Of a stretch of 64,000 bases of DNA, positions 17,770-33,840 are shown piece by piece. The notes under the pieces were generated by a model that worked only from the letters and a program-made list of their open reading frames with translations, was not told the origin of the DNA and made no database searches. Location: the NCBI RefSeq assembly GCF_009914755.1, contig NC_060927.1; one strand, given 5' to 3'. Every line of letters begins with the position of its first letter. The first letter of the stretch is position 1. The position numbers and the translations under genes are program-made. Origin of the DNA: the human T2T-CHM13v2.0 reference genome, Homo sapiens.

Positions 17770-19662
17770 GTTAGCTGTGAAAACGTGATGTATGTGTCAT
17801 ATTTCCTGTGGTCCTGGCAGGTGCAGTGTTTGTGATCAGGCACATGGGTCTGCTGCAGAAACTGGCATATGAAGGGAACTTAAAGACACTTGTGGGCTTT
17901 GGTATATTTCTCCAGAGAGAATACTCCCAGCTGTCTCCTTCTGTATTGGCAGGAAGGTCAGGGAGAGGACATCCAGGCTCTCACCTGGGATAGGCTGGAA
18001 ATAACATGGCAGGGCAGAGGTTAAGTAATCAGTTTGCTGCTCATCTCCAGCCAGCATTTTGAAGCAGCCAGACCTCTGAGAGTTGTGTTCCTGTGGCTGA
18101 ATGCCTCTAGGCACTCTGTTTATTGTGCCTTGGAGAGGCTTGGCAATCCTGTGCACCATGGCGGTAGAGGAGATTATCATGTAGTCTCTGCAGTGTCTTC
18201 ACTTATCTACTGCATCTGATTTTCAAGGCCTCTGTGGCCTGGCCCTGTTTTCCTCTTTTCCTTTCTGACCTCTTTACTCTTGCCCTTGCATTCTCTGAGT
18301 CTGTCATAGCAAATCACATGTAATTCCTTCTACCTACTTTCTGTTCTGTCCTCTCTCCTTGGGAATACAATATCCTCTCTGCCTGGAATGTCTTTCCTTT
18401 GCTTCTTTACATTGGAGTTAGTGAGAGGAATTAAAATGGGAGGTGGGGGCAGTTTATCCCAATCCTGTCTAACCGCTGTAATCAAGGAGTCTTTATACCA
18501 GTCTTTATCACGACATGAATCTTGTTGGTGTGGGTGCAGTGGTCAGGTCCTGAGGCAGGCTTCCTTCACATCCCTCGGGATGGACGCAGCTGTGACTCAG
18601 GAGAGGATGGTCGTTTTTCTTGACCTGTGGCTTGACTGCTCCTGGGCCTCCTGCTTTGGCTGCACATTTAAAAGGGAGTCTCCAAAGAATTGGGTCAGGC
18701 CTTAATCATCTTGGAAAAAAGCAGGCTCCGCCCCCACAGGAATATCCCACCCCTCAACTGGGGCCCAGAATTCTCCTAGCAGCTTCTGCCCCATGCCCCC
18801 TCGGCTTACCGGAAACTGGGGGCCTCTCTTCAGTGGTCCAGCTTCTCCAAGGCCAGTATGTCAGTAGCAGGAACTTACTTCTGCTTACTTATTTCCCTCT
18901 TCCACCCACACTTAGGGAATGATTCTTATTAGTGCAACTGTTTTGTCTTGCTTAGTAACACCAAGTTTAGCTACGAATCTTAGCTACAAAAACATCTTGT
19001 GATCCACAGCTGCTGACCAGCACCAGCATTTGCTCCTAGTCTCAGTACTTGCTGAGTATACATAAATTTGAAGTTTGTTCTTCTTTCTTCATCTCTCAGG
19101 GCAAGATAATCTCAAATAAGACTTCAAGAAACCCCTATGTGTATTTCACAGCATTTCCTTTGAGAGCCCCTCCCAGGCTCTTTACTCTCCCCGTTCCCCA
19201 GCAGAGTCTGCAGAGGATTCCTCCCATAAATTCTACCTACTTCTGTGACAGCAAATCCTACATGGTGGTGAAGTTATACATTTACGCCAGTCTCTCTATC
19301 TAGACTGCGAGTGTCTTGAGGGTAGGGACTGACTGTGTCTTTTATTTCTGTAACCCTGATGTGCCTGGTATATAGTAGACAATAAGTAAATATTTGCTGA
19401 AGGAGATTGTGAAGGCATGAAAATGGCCTGGTTGCCCCCTCGGTGCTGAGATCTGCTGAGAGGAGGCGCCTGGGTTCCCTCACTTGGCTTAGATGTTGAA
19501 GGGAGTGTGGCTGGGAGAGAGGCAGTGTGAAGTCGGCAGAGTGAGGTAACAACCCACTTCATTGTTTGGGGTAAGTGGTGCTGGGCCTGTAGGAAAGAAG
19601 AGCCTGGTGCTTTTCAGCTCCACACTTCACCTGAGAGTGAGAAACTCAGAGATGCCTGGTAA

Positions 19663-19836
<174 letters not shown>

Positions 19837-20370
19837 TAGAACAGTCTGCTCTTCTCTCCGAAGCTACTACCTTCTGTTACTTAAATAATAGCTGTTAACG
19901 AAACGCTCATTTGATTAGTGGCCAGATAGTGCTGGCACCTATTACCAATGCTAACTTAATTCACCCCTATGGATCATACTGGCAGTAATTGCATAGTTTA
20001 TATAACACAGGGCATGATAAAGTCAGGTTCAGGGAATGTGGTTTCATTGTTGCTAACGCCTTTGTTAAATACCATCCTAAATACCATCTAAATAAAGGAA
20101 AGGTGCTTCTGGATTAGAGGAGATCACACTGCATAGCTTGACCACAAAATCGCTTGTTGATTTTTTTTTTTTTGTTTTTTTAAAGACAGAAACATGTTTT
20201 CTGTAAGCGAAATCTAATTAAAATGAACGTTAAGGGCAGCCTTGAAAAGGAAATCGTATTAGGGTAACATGTGCTGCCCAGTGAAGAAGGGGTAGGATGT
20301 AGATGGAAGGACCTGGCCTTGGTGAGGGAAAAGTAGGGAAAAGGTAAGGGTCGATTATAGAGATACCAGC

Positions 20371-20480
20371 TATGCATGCATGCGCGTGTGTGCGTACACA
20401 CACACACAGATACCAGTTATACACAGGCACGTGCACACACACAGCAACACACAGATGTGTGTATATATATCTGTGTATAT
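20371..20480. repeat. Alternating purine-pyrimidine compound microsatellite (TGCA/TG/CA/TA)
   Basis: TATGCATGCATGCGCGTGTGTGCGTACACACACACACA...GTGTGTATATATAT. Confidence 0.8.
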
Positions 20481-20601
20481 AAAACTAATTTATATCCTTT
20501 ATTATTATATTGACTATATAACATTCTGTCAAATGTATGTTTCATAGATTCCTGTTATATATTTAGGTGGTTTCTAATATTCACTGTTATAAAAAATGCT
20601 A

Positions 20602-20887
20602 GTCTGGGCACAGTGGCTCATGCTTGTAATACCAGCACTTTGGGAGGCTGAGGCAGGTGGATCACTTGAGGCCAAGAGTTTGAGACCAGCCTGGGCAACA
20701 CCTTGTCACTTCAAAAAATATAAAAATTAGCTGGGTGTGGTGGCGCCTGCCTGTGGTTCCAGCTACTGGGGAGCTGAGGTGGGAGGATCATCTGAGCCTG
20801 GGAGATTGAGGCTGCAGCATGCCATGATTGCACCACTGCACTCCAGCCTGGACAACAGAGTGAGACCCTGTCTCAAAAAAAAAAAAA
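20602..20887 (+). mobile_element. AluJ
   Basis: GAGGTGGGAGGATCATCTGAGCCTGGGAG right arm. Confidence 0.88.
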
Positions 20888-21344
20888 TACTGTGGTATAT
20901 TGAAAAATATATAATATTAGCCATATTGATCTTTTCTCCTGCTCATTTTACTTCTTTAGAATAAGTTCTTTGGAGCGGGCATATAAACACAGTAATGTTG
21001 CTGTGTATTAAGTGTGCTGTTTCACCACAGCATCATCAGCTTTGGACATTAATCCTCTTTCCCACTTCTTTTTTTGGCAAGTTTTCCTTCCCCGACCTCC
21101 CACCGTTCCTCCTAGATTCCTAGATGCAGGGGAGGCCTCTGATTTATTGCCCAAGGCAAAGGAGGGTATGATAGCAATCAAACAAGGCCAGTGGGTGGCT
21201 ATCTACAAGGAACACATTTTCTAACAAGTTATAATGCTTTCTATGTAATAGTGGAGGAGAGAGAAAAATGTTTAAATTTTTTGTCTGATTACTTGGCTCA
21301 GTTTGGCATTAATAATCTGTCTATACGTTTGGGTAATTCTGTAG

Positions 21345-21641
21345 TTTTTTTTTTTTTTTTGAGACGGAGTCTCGCTCTGTCACCCAGGCTGGAGTGCAAT
21401 GGTGCGATGTCGGCTCACTGCAAGCTCTGCCTCCCAGGTTCATGCCATTCTCCTGCCTCAGCCTCCTGAGTAGCCGGGACTACAGGCACCCACCACCACA
21501 CCCGGCTAATTTTTTGTATTTTTAGTAGAGAGGGGGTTTCACCGTGTTAGCCAGGATGGTCTTGATCTCCTGACCTCGTGATCCGCCCGCCTCGGCCTCC
21601 CAAAGTGCTGGGATTACAGGCATGAGCCACCGCATGCAGCC
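21345..21641 (-). mobile_element. AluY
   Basis: CTGCAAGCTCTGCC, GTTAGCCAGGATGGTCTTGATCTCC. Confidence 0.92.
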
Positions 21642-22031
21642 TGTAGGCTCTTTACTGGGATAAATTGTAAGCATTGCCAGTTAAAGATTTCTAGTTACTT
21701 GAACGTCAGTACGCTTTCTGTACCAAGAATTCTCATAGTAGAACATGCTGACAGTTTGCATTTAATGAGAAAAATAACATTAGCTCTTACTTAAAGTTTT
21801 AAGGTTTGCCTAGAGTCAGTATGTGTGTTGGTCTTGCTGCCTTGTTTACTGAGCATTCTTAGCCTGACTTAAAAAAAATTGTAAGTATCTACTTTTTAAA
21901 ATCTTCAGACACCAAGGACTTTATGTTTAATTTAATGGAGGTCATTTCTATCCTGAAAAGAATCCTAAGAAATGCAAGCTTTTTGACTTTTGAAAATGAC
22001 CTGATAAAGTTTCTTAGAATTCGTGAGGTCC

Positions 22032-22368
<337 letters not shown>

Positions 22369-22639
22369 TTACTAAATATCGGTTATGACAAATCATTTAA
22401 GTACAAAGAAGAGAAAATAATCTCTGGAGGTGTTTTTGCTTTCCTTCTGCTGTTTTTTAGGACTCATAGGACTAGACAGTTCATTAATTTCAGCTTTGCA
22501 GTTCATTTTGCCATTGTGAAGAGGGAATTTTTTCTTAGTTGATCAATGAATAGCAGAATTAGAGACCGCAGAGATTACAATTATTAGACTTTCTCATCTG
22601 TACACATGATTACATATACATTTACATTTTAAAAGTCAT

Positions 22640-22905
22640 CTAGTATGATTTCATTTATATGAAAAGTCCAGACTAGGAAAATCCACAGAGACAGAAAATA
22701 GATTAGTGGTTGCCAGGGGATGAGAAGAGGGGGAATGGGGAGTCTCTGCTAATATGTATGAGATTTCTTTTTGGAGTGATGAAAATATTCTGGAATTAAT
22801 AGTGATGATGGTACAACCATATCACTATACTAAAAAGAAACCACTAAATTGTATACTTTTTAACATGGTGAATTTTATGGAACGTAAATTATATCTCAAT
22901 AAAAA
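22640..22905 (+). mobile_element. L1MB-type 3' fragment
   Basis: ATGATTTCATTTATATGAAAAGTCCAGA...GATTAGTGGTTGCCAGGGG...ATTATATCTCAATAAA. Confidence 0.75.
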
Positions 22906-24013
22906 GTCATCTAACAACCATCCAATTTTAATTCTTAGCAAGATTCAAGAAGAAATATTAATTAGCTACATAAACTGCATTCATATTCAGTGGTCACAGG
23001 CTTGTAGGCAAGCTGCCAAATACCCACATATGTCTGGAATGCTACCATGAATTTAATTAAGGCCCCAAAAGCTGTAAGAATTCTGAAGCAAGAGCCATTA
23101 GCGTGAGTGGGAACAGTGTCAAAGACAGCCTCACAAATCCTTTCCCCTGGATCTCCTACCCTGGTGGGGGATCGGTCAGATATACCCGTGAAGATGTAAC
23201 CTCTTCTATTCACCCATCCAGCTTACTACTTAGAGCCTCTCCATGGCTCTAATCATGCACTCGCTTTATCTCTGCTCTGTCCACAAAGTGAGCTGCCTGG
23301 TGTCTGGGACTGGGGTTTATTCATCTTATTGTCAGTGTCTTATGTTTTGCCTTGTACATAGCAAGGGCTTGATAGTTGTTGACTTAAATCCACTAAGCCA
23401 TTTACAAAAGCAATATTGTATTATTTCAGGCATGCATACATATGTGAATAGCACAGCTTCCTTAATAACATGTAATTTATTTGATTGTGAAGAGAATGGT
23501 AACTGTTTGGAAGTTGTGCTTCTGTAGATAGTACATTAAGTATCTATGGTCAGTGGAAAAAAGCTTAAGTTTTGGAAGCAGAGTTCTGATCTCTTCTCTG
23601 CCCCTTGCCATCTTTTTTGTTGTTGTTTAGGTTTTTTACCCCTTTGTAAGATTCAGTTTTCTGTTTATAAAATGGGATAATAGTAAATACCTCCCAGGGG
23701 GGTTTTGTAGGTTAAAGGATGATGATGATAATATCAATTACATATTGCACATTTTCTGTTAGCAAGTGGTCAATAAAGTATATTATGTTTGTCATCATAT
23801 TATTAGTGGTGGTATATGAGACTATTTTGGGAATACAAAAGTCCTTTATTTGATCATGAGTTCTGTTGGGGATGAGGATATTTGATAAGCTGGACAGACT
23901 TTGTTTGCATAGCTTTGCTATCTTAATTGGCCTTGAGAAGCTACATTAATAGATGCATTTCACCTTAAGTTAATGGTGCTATTCTAATAACTTATTTATA
24001 CTTTTTTTTCTAG

Positions 24014-24181
<168 letters not shown>

Positions 24182-24325
24182 TAGTTATGTAGTTCTTTCC
24201 AAAGACAAACAGGCACTTCTCTGGATGAAGACGTGGTAACTGAAATCCTCCAAAGGTGGTACTAGGAGCAGACTTATTTAGAAAATGTTTGTAAAGTCAT
24301 TTTTTTGTATATATATTTATATATG

Positions 24326-24609
24326 TTTTGAGACTGGGTCTCACCCCCATTACGCAGGCTGGAGTGCAGTGGCACGATCACTGCTCACTGTAGCTTCAAC
24401 TTCTCAGGCTCAGGTGATCCTCTCATCTCAGCCTCCTGAGCACCTGGGACTACAGGCATCCCATCACACCTGGCTAATGTTTGTCTTTTAATAGATATGG
24501 GGTTTTGCCATGTTGGCCAGGCTGGTCTTCAACACCTGGGCTCAAGCAATCTGTCCACCTCAGCCTCCCAAAGTGCTGGGATTACAGGCATGAGCCACCC
24601 TGCCTGGTC
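24326..24609 (-). mobile_element. AluJ
   Basis: TSD TGTAAAGTCATTTT on both sides. Confidence 0.88.
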
Positions 24610-25360
24610 TGTAAAGTCATTTTGAAGATGTAGTGCACAGTAATTTTCCAGGTTTTCAGTGGTATTTGGTGAAATGCTAAGCCAGTAAGGGGGAATTATA
24701 GGAATATTTTGAAACACTGAAAGAATTTACCAAAATGTGGTCTTCATTTTCAATGTGGGGAAACATAAGGCAGTATAGTCTGGGAAAGAGTCTTTGAAAC
24801 AAAACAGAAGGCATTCTCCTACCCTTGTACCAAGTTGCAGAACTTTTCTACCTGGAGCAGTACATGCAGAGTTAGTCGGTGACATTTGGGATAGATAATA
24901 AGTTCATTAGAGATGGTTCCCAGAAGAGCAGTTAAAATAATCAGGCTGGTATAACAGAGACCCTAAACTAGAGAATTCTTATTGTTGTTAAGGCAAAGAT
25001 TATGTGTCAAGATGATTTGAATTCTTGAAACACATCAATCACTAAAGCCCTGAATACTGATGCCATCATTCAGGGAGCTCTCTTGGAGCTGTTCAGGGAG
25101 CAGCCATTATTGATTAAATTTTTTTTGTTGTTGTTGTTCGTACAAATCCGAGGTTGTGGTTTTGTGGAACTAATTTCCCAAGAGGAAATATAAGTAAGGA
25201 AAAAGGATTTTGGCTGAGTATTGACTGCTGGCAGGTATGGGGTTTCTTTTATTGAGGACAAAAATGTTCTGTAATTATTGCTGTGGTGCTTGCATAACCC
25301 TGTGAACATACTAAAAAAACAAACAGCACATTGCATTATGTACTTTAAATGGGTGAATTG

Positions 25361-25638
<278 letters not shown>

Positions 25639-26033
25639 GTAGTAAATGGGTGAGTTGTATGGTATGTTAGTCATGTCTCAGTAAAGCTGTTGAAGATTAT
25701 GGAAAGGTTCGGGGTAAAATTCATCAGGGGTAGATTCATGTTGGGTTATCATAGGAGAGAAAGAATGTTTCGTTACCGCTCTAAAACTCTGATTGACAGC
25801 TTAGGGAACTACCATGTTGTAGTCCCTTTGTGCCCCTAAGACACACACCACCATGCCCCTGGAAAGTGTTATATAAAAGCTAAGTGGTATTATTTGGAGG
25901 CACTTCTATGTTCACTTGCTGTAATAGAGTAAGAGGAGTGTGATCAGTCATTTCTAGTCTTCTGGTTTTAAGGTACCTTTTTTTTGAGTTAGTTTTTAGC
26001 CCAGAACTAGAAATGTAATTTTCTAGAGAATAA

Positions 26034-26210
<177 letters not shown>

Positions 26211-26433
26211 TAAACTTTGAGTATCATTTTATTATATAGTTTTTTAAAAAATCTGAAGTTCATGTTACAAGAGACCACTGCAAAATTCAAACTTGTTTAG
26301 ATTTCCTTAGCCTTCAAAGGATGTTTAAGAACATTTCCTTATCTCTATCCTCTCCCACCCCTACAGTTATCGAATCAGCTCCTCTAGGTTTTTCTAGCTC
26401 TACTACAGCTCAGAATAATTTTGATACCTTACT

Positions 26434-26729
26434 CTTTTTTTTTGTTTGTTTGTTTGAGATGGAGTCTCGCACTGTTGCCTGGGCTGGAGCGCAGTGGCGC
26501 AATCTTGGCTTACTGCAACCTCTGCCTTCCTGGTTCAAGCGATTCTCCTGGTCAGCCTCCCGAGTAGCTGGGACTATAGGTGCCCGCCACCATGCCTGGC
26601 TAATTTTTTGTATTTTTAGTAGAGACAGAGACGAGGTTTCACTATGTTGGCCAGGCTGGTCTTGAATGCGTGACCTGCTTCGGCCTCCCAAACTGCTGGG
26701 ATTATAGGTGTGAGCCACTGTGCCCAGCC
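26434..26729 (-). mobile_element. AluS
   Basis: TSD ATACCTTACTCT on both sides. Confidence 0.9.
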
Positions 26730-27715
26730 AATACCTTACTCTCTATTAGTGCTAAAGTTATTTCCGTTTTCCCTCCTGATGTATTTTACCCTCTATGTTT
26801 TAATTTTTATTCCCAGAACTACCCTGTAGTTCAGGCCCCTCATATCACACTCCTGGACACTTAGAATCTTGTTTCCATGTTGTGCAACACTACTGTAGAA
26901 GAATCTCCCTTGAACTACCCACATTTAGTGTATCATTCATTGACCAAGAGCATAATGGTGTCTTCCTTCTGGCTCCAAGCTGCCTTTCCTGCCTTATCTT
27001 CCATTATTTTCCTCATAAAGCATTGCTCCAGCTAATCTTATCTATTTTTCTCCAGAATCTCCATCCCCTTCCCGTCAGATACATCTAAAACTTTTTTTGT
27101 ATCTTTGTTTTTCCTCGTGTTGTATCATCTTCCTAAAACATGTTCTACTTGTGAAAACCCTAAGAAATTCTCTCTGTCTTATTGAAATTCTATCTCCACT
27201 GTGAAGCATTATCATGGTGTGGCCATATATGATCTATCCCTATCTGAAGTCACTGCATTTATTCCCTGATCCTCATTTGCAGGTCCAGTACCTTGTACAA
27301 GTTTCTTTTTGTGCCATATTAGACTGTAAGCTCCAAGAGGGCAGGGCCCAAGTCTTATGAATTTGTGTCTGCATAGTGTCTAGTACTTGTCTGAGGCCCA
27401 CAATAAAATTCTTTTGAATGAATGAAAGAGTACCGTAAATGTCTTTTAGAAGTGATCAGATATATAGGAAGTTGTCTTAGCCATACAGGAGACTATGAAT
27501 TAAAAATATCAAAGATTATGAGTGTTATGAAGTTCTGAAATCAAATGGAATCATCTCCATAGCCATGTGAATATATCAGAGCTGAAAAAAGGAAAGCCTT
27601 TAACTGACGGTCTGGTTATTCTTTAGCCTGAACTTAGGATGACTTTTTTTTTTAAAAGCACATTTTAAAATCAACTACATTTACATTTTATTTTTCAGAG
27701 GAAGCCCACCTCCCC

Positions 27716-27850
27716 TTTTTTGTTGTATTTTTATTAGAGATGGGGTTTCACCGTGTTAGCCAGGATGGTCTTGATCTCCTGGCCTTGTGATCCGCCCACC
27801 TCAGCCTCCCAAAGTGCTGAGATTACAGGCGTGAGCCACCACTCCTGGCC
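27716..27850 (-). mobile_element. Alu left arm only
   Basis: Flanked by CAGAGGAAGCCC direct repeat. Confidence 0.85.
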
Positions 27851-28216
27851 CAGAGGAAGCCCTTTTTAAATTGAGGACTGAAGATTGAATTTTTATTAAA
27901 ATTCTTTCCCCCAGGTGATTTCACAGAACCACAGCTAAATTAGTATAGCAATAAGACCGTTAATAATTTAAAGTCCAATCTAGTGTGAAGTCCTCTTGTC
28001 ATAGCAGGCAGGATTAAATGGCCTGTGTTTGGAAGCGACCGTAGGTCAGGTTGTATGTGGTAAATAAGTGGTCCTCCCCAAAGTGCAGCTCTGCCAAAAT
28101 AATAACAGTTTGAACAGTGCTTTACAATTAATTTAAAAGGGACTTTCACATACTTGATCTTTTTATGATAAGTCTGTGAAACAAGTGTTAGTTACTACCT
28201 GTGGTTAGTTAATTAG

Positions 28217-28718
<502 letters not shown>

Positions 28719-30994
28719 TTAAACATGATAATGTGAATAAAATGCTGAGCACATGGTAGATGCTCAATATGTATCCACTTCCTTTATGTTTCAACAGCAG
28801 TATATTTTGAAAGACAACAAATCTCTGGGGTCTCCTCTGAAGTGCTCTGAGGGATTCACCAGAAACCTGTCCCTGAGACTAACTGCCTGTCTGCTTGTCG
28901 GATTCAGGCACACTATCCTTCACTTGGTTAGGGTGGTATCTCAGGAAAGCCTGGAATTACTCAGCACACGTGATGAACACCTCCTTATGGGCCAGAAATT
29001 TTGAGATACAGTTGTACTTGTTCTCACACCACCTAAGGTCTTCTAGAGGAGATCAGACATTGACCTGTGGAAAATTAAGGAGAAATTCAAGTAATGGAAG
29101 ATAAGTTCAGAGAATTGATACGGGTGATACTTTGGTTGGTCTTCTATGCCTTATCTTATTCTAGGAAAGATCACCAGAAGCCTTAGAGCATGATGGCCTC
29201 ATAGGAGTTTTATAGCCTTCATGCTGCCTTTCCTACCTGTGGCCCTGAATGTTCCTGTCTCCCCTCCACACTGCTGTCCAAGTGCATTTTCTAACGTGTA
29301 AATTTGATCATGTAACTCTTCTACTTAAAACCCTTCTAAGGTTCCTGTTGACTTCGGGATAACGTTAAAACTACTTAGCTTGGCGTTTGAGGTCTCTTCA
29401 GTTCCGGTTCCTGTCCACCACTAGCCTCATTTAATATTTCCCAAGATACATCCTGTGCTCTGGCTACCCCTGTGCCCTCCAAATGCCGCAGCTTCCCCCA
29501 TCTCTCTGCCTGCAGACATCTCTCTGTCTCCCTTCTGTCACCTGGCTGCTGCCTCACCTACCTTTCTGATTCATTACCCCAGGAAGCACTGGCTGATTGC
29601 TTGCGCCATTTCATTTCTCTCTTCTGTGTTCTGGTAGCAGCCTCCTTCCTAGCACTGACTAGTCTCCAAAGTAATTGTTGATTTGCTTTTCTGCCTGCCC
29701 CATATCCCCAGCCTGTGAGCAACTTTAGCACAGAATCTTGTTTGTCCCCACTCTGCGTCCTCAACATTTAGTGCAATGCTGGACACTTAAGAGACACATG
29801 ATGTGAGAATGCTGAGAGGAAAGAGAGAGAATTGTGGACTGGTATGAAAATTAAAGAAGGCTTTTGCCGGGGGCAGGGCCGAACCCTAGAGAAATAATTT
29901 CTAGACATCATTTTCAGTGGTTCTTGCTTTTATTGCATTAACCTTGTTCACTCTCTTTAGCATGATTCCAGTTTCCCTTTGAGCCACGACATTTCCTTGA
30001 AGGTTTTCACCCTCTTTTTTCAAAAATAGGCATTCTTTTCAGTATGAAATCCTGCACTTGTGTTCTGGCTTCATGTTTTACTTGATTCTGCCCCCTCCTC
30101 CTCCTACCAGCACTTTGTTCCCTGAAAAGTCACTGCTGCTCTTTGAGCCCTGTGTCCTCATGTGTAGGATGGAGAAATGTTGGAATCCCTCTGAGTTTCT
30201 CTCTTCAACCTGTTTCTCTTCTGGGTTATCTCCTTGTGCCTACAACTCCAGAAACCATTTCCTCCCAAGTAATTCAATTTTCTCTCACCGGCCTGAACCT
30301 CCCTCTGGACCCCGGGCCATATTATCCAGCCACCTGCTTGCCTCCTTCTGCACCTTACAATCTTTGCCCCAAGGCTGGTCCTTTTCTGGCTTCATTGGCT
30401 CAGAATGATGCTGCTTCTATCCAGTCACACAAGCCAGAAATCTGGTTATCCTACCGGACAGCTGTCTTCCCCCTACCACCCCTGTGTCTTGTGGATTTCA
30501 TGTCCTGAATGTCTCTCAGCCTACCACCTTGCGTTTCTTCTGCCACCACCTCAATCTCTGCTATACTGCAGCAGCTTCCTAACAAGCCTCCTTGTATCTA
30601 CTGTGGGCCTCTCCAGTTCATTCCCATATCATCCCCACAGTTTTCCTTAGAAAAGCAGATCTGATCGTGTCCCTATCATAATGAAACACCTGAATGTCTT
30701 CTTCCCTGTGCTCTAAGAGTAGGGGCTAAATTCTTTAATACGGCCTACAAGAGTCTGTGTGGCCTGGCCCCTGTGGGCATCCAGCCCCAAGTCATTCCGT
30801 GTTCCCTGCCACAGGGCTTTTGCATGCACCTTTTGCCTGGAACTCTCTTCTCTCTCTTTTCTTTACTTCTACCCCTCCCTCCCCCTACCTCCCCTTTGCT
30901 CCGTTAAGTGCTCACTCTTTCAAGGAAACCTTCCCTGACCTCTATAAAAAGGTTTATTCCTTCTGTTGCGAGCTCTCATAGCACTGTGCATCCC

Positions 30995-31298
30995 TTCTTC
31001 TTTTTTTTTTTTGAGATGGAGTTTCACTCTTTGTTGCCCAGGCTGGAGTACAATGGCATGATGTTGGCTCACTGCAACCTCCGCCTCCTGGGTCCAAGTG
31101 ATTCCTCCTGCCTCAGCCTCCTGAGTAGCTGAGATTACAGGCATACGCCACCACACCTGGCTAATTTTTTTATCTTTAGTAGAGATGGGGTTTCGCCATG
31201 TTGGCCGGGCCAGTCTCGTACTCCTGACCTCAGGTGATCCACCCACCACAGCCTCCCAAAGTGCTGGGATTACAGGCGTGAACCACCACACCTGGTCC
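30995..31298 (-). mobile_element. AluS
   Basis: Full dimer after poly-T. Confidence 0.9.
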
Positions 31299-33527
31299 AT
31301 AATTTTACATTTTCTTGAGTGATCTTTGATTAATATATTTTTCTCCCATTTAAATGTAAGCTCTACCAGGACAGGTACCCTATCTTTGATTTCCCACCAT
31401 TGTGTCTGCATCCCATGGCATCATGCCTGGTGTGTAAAATGCAATGGAAGGATGAATTCATGCATAAATGAGTTGTGAAGACTGGAGATTGCTCATGGGA
31501 AGCACCTGGGTCAGTGCCTGGCACACAGTAGGCCTTCAGTGAGTAGAGGGTAGCTCTTATTATTAGTTCATTGTAAGTGTTCTCTTTAATGTGAGCATTC
31601 TGTTGTCTGGTTAAGGCCACGTATTTTACAAAGACTTTCCCAAATTGTCTGTACACCTCAATTTATGTCTAATGAGTTACACACATGGTTACTGGCGTGA
31701 CAGGAGACAGAATACAGGGGAGGTATATGATCTGCATGGCTGATTCAGAGCAGGGGTTCTTAATTTGGAGTAGGGTGCAGATGCGTAATGTCTGGGAATG
31801 TTTTGGAAGTAATGGATCCTCACCCTAGAAAAATCCACATGTGCACACAGTTCTGCGTCTAATGTCAGAGACGCACAGAGTGCTGACATGCTTGGAGGAA
31901 GATGAAGGAAAAGACAGGAGTTAGCCTGCCTAGTGGGGAACCTATGGATTGTTAAGGTCAGGAGGTGAATGAGTCCTCTTTGTTCCAAGTCAGAGTGGGA
32001 GCTTTGCATGTGGAGGTACTGTTCACTTGTGTGTGAAGCCTTGGCTGACTATGAGAGAGTGGGTACCTGCCCCTGAAGAGGACACATTGCCAGCCACCAA
32101 CAGCTGGGACTGCCATGGTCTCAGTTTTGACCGTGTGACCAGCATGCAGCTGGTCACTCATACATGTTATCACTTATCCTTACATGCCCTGCAAAGTGAG
32201 AAGTGTTGTCTGCATTTTACAGATGAGATGAATGGAAAAGAGACTAGGGAATGGAAGCCTCTTCAAATGTGAATGATCTTACCTCCTACAGTGAGAATGC
32301 TTCCTATAGTGAAAAAGGAAGCAGCCATTTTTTTTCTGCTCAGCTCACAATGTGTTGGGGTAGAGTAGGAAGGCCAGACTTCAGTTCCCAACAGCTTAAT
32401 GGGTCGAACCCTCTGAGCCTCAGTTTCCTCAGTGTGTATAAGCATACAGTAACAACACCCCCTTCCTTGTAGGTGGCTGTGAGAACTAAGAATCATTAAG
32501 TTTCACTCACATGTTCTAATTGTTCCCACTATATTTTCTTAGAATGTTTTTCAGTTTTCATTTTCAAAGGAAAATTTTCTTTGATTAACCCCAGTTTCCA
32601 GCTATTCCATAAAAATGGAGTTTTAAGGTCCCGAGTCACACAGCCAACTCTGCCTTTACCAAAGGAAGGCATAAGAGAAGCCCCTCCTGAGATTGGCAGG
32701 GTTGCCAGTTCAGCAGCCCCCGGGACATCCAAGAAAGTTTTACCAGTTCACTGATGGTATTGTCTTTAAATGAAAGCTCAAAAGCAAATGCGCCTGTGAT
32801 TGGTTTCATCTCACTTCTTGGGTGATGTATGGTTGTTACTGTGATTGCTTAATGCTGGAGTTCTTTGTCATTTATAGTTAAAAATACCTGTTATAACCCA
32901 ATACATGTCTTTGAATCTGCACCCACACATACACATAACAAACAAGACTTTTGCAAAATAATGCTTTCCTTTTTCTGTTTTATCTTTTTGAAAAATTCTA
33001 GTTGTGACCCAGTAAATGATTTAAGAATCGCAAATAGCTCACCACCTGCAGTTTGAAAAATGCTTTGTGACCATTTTATGACCATTTTGGAAATACTGGC
33101 AAATAAATGAACTGTACTAGGTGAGGTTCCATTCATTAGTTTTACTTCCAGCTATATATCTCTGTTTTTAAAATGTCGCAAAGGTTTTCAGCTATTCTTT
33201 TACATTTTTAGGTTTTTTTAATATACAAACTTTTTGTATATTTCCTTTTAATCCTGTGCATTTTTTAAAACTAAGATTGTACAGTATTTTGTTTTATTGT
33301 AGCATTTTAGCATAATAGTATTATATTCTACACAACATCCTTTTTAATGGATGTATGATAGTATTTTTACCAAGGTTTTGACATTTATATTTCTCATAAT
33401 TTTTTCACTATTAGGACTGCTTTGTGCATCAAATTTTTCCTCTTTTTCCTCTCCTTATCCCCTGTAGTTTTAATTATTTCCATAGAAAAGATGTCTAGAT
33501 GCGGAATTACTGCGTTACAGAGTTTGA

Positions 33528-33815
<288 letters not shown>

Positions 33816-33840
33816 GTTAGAACATGTTAAGGTTCATAAT

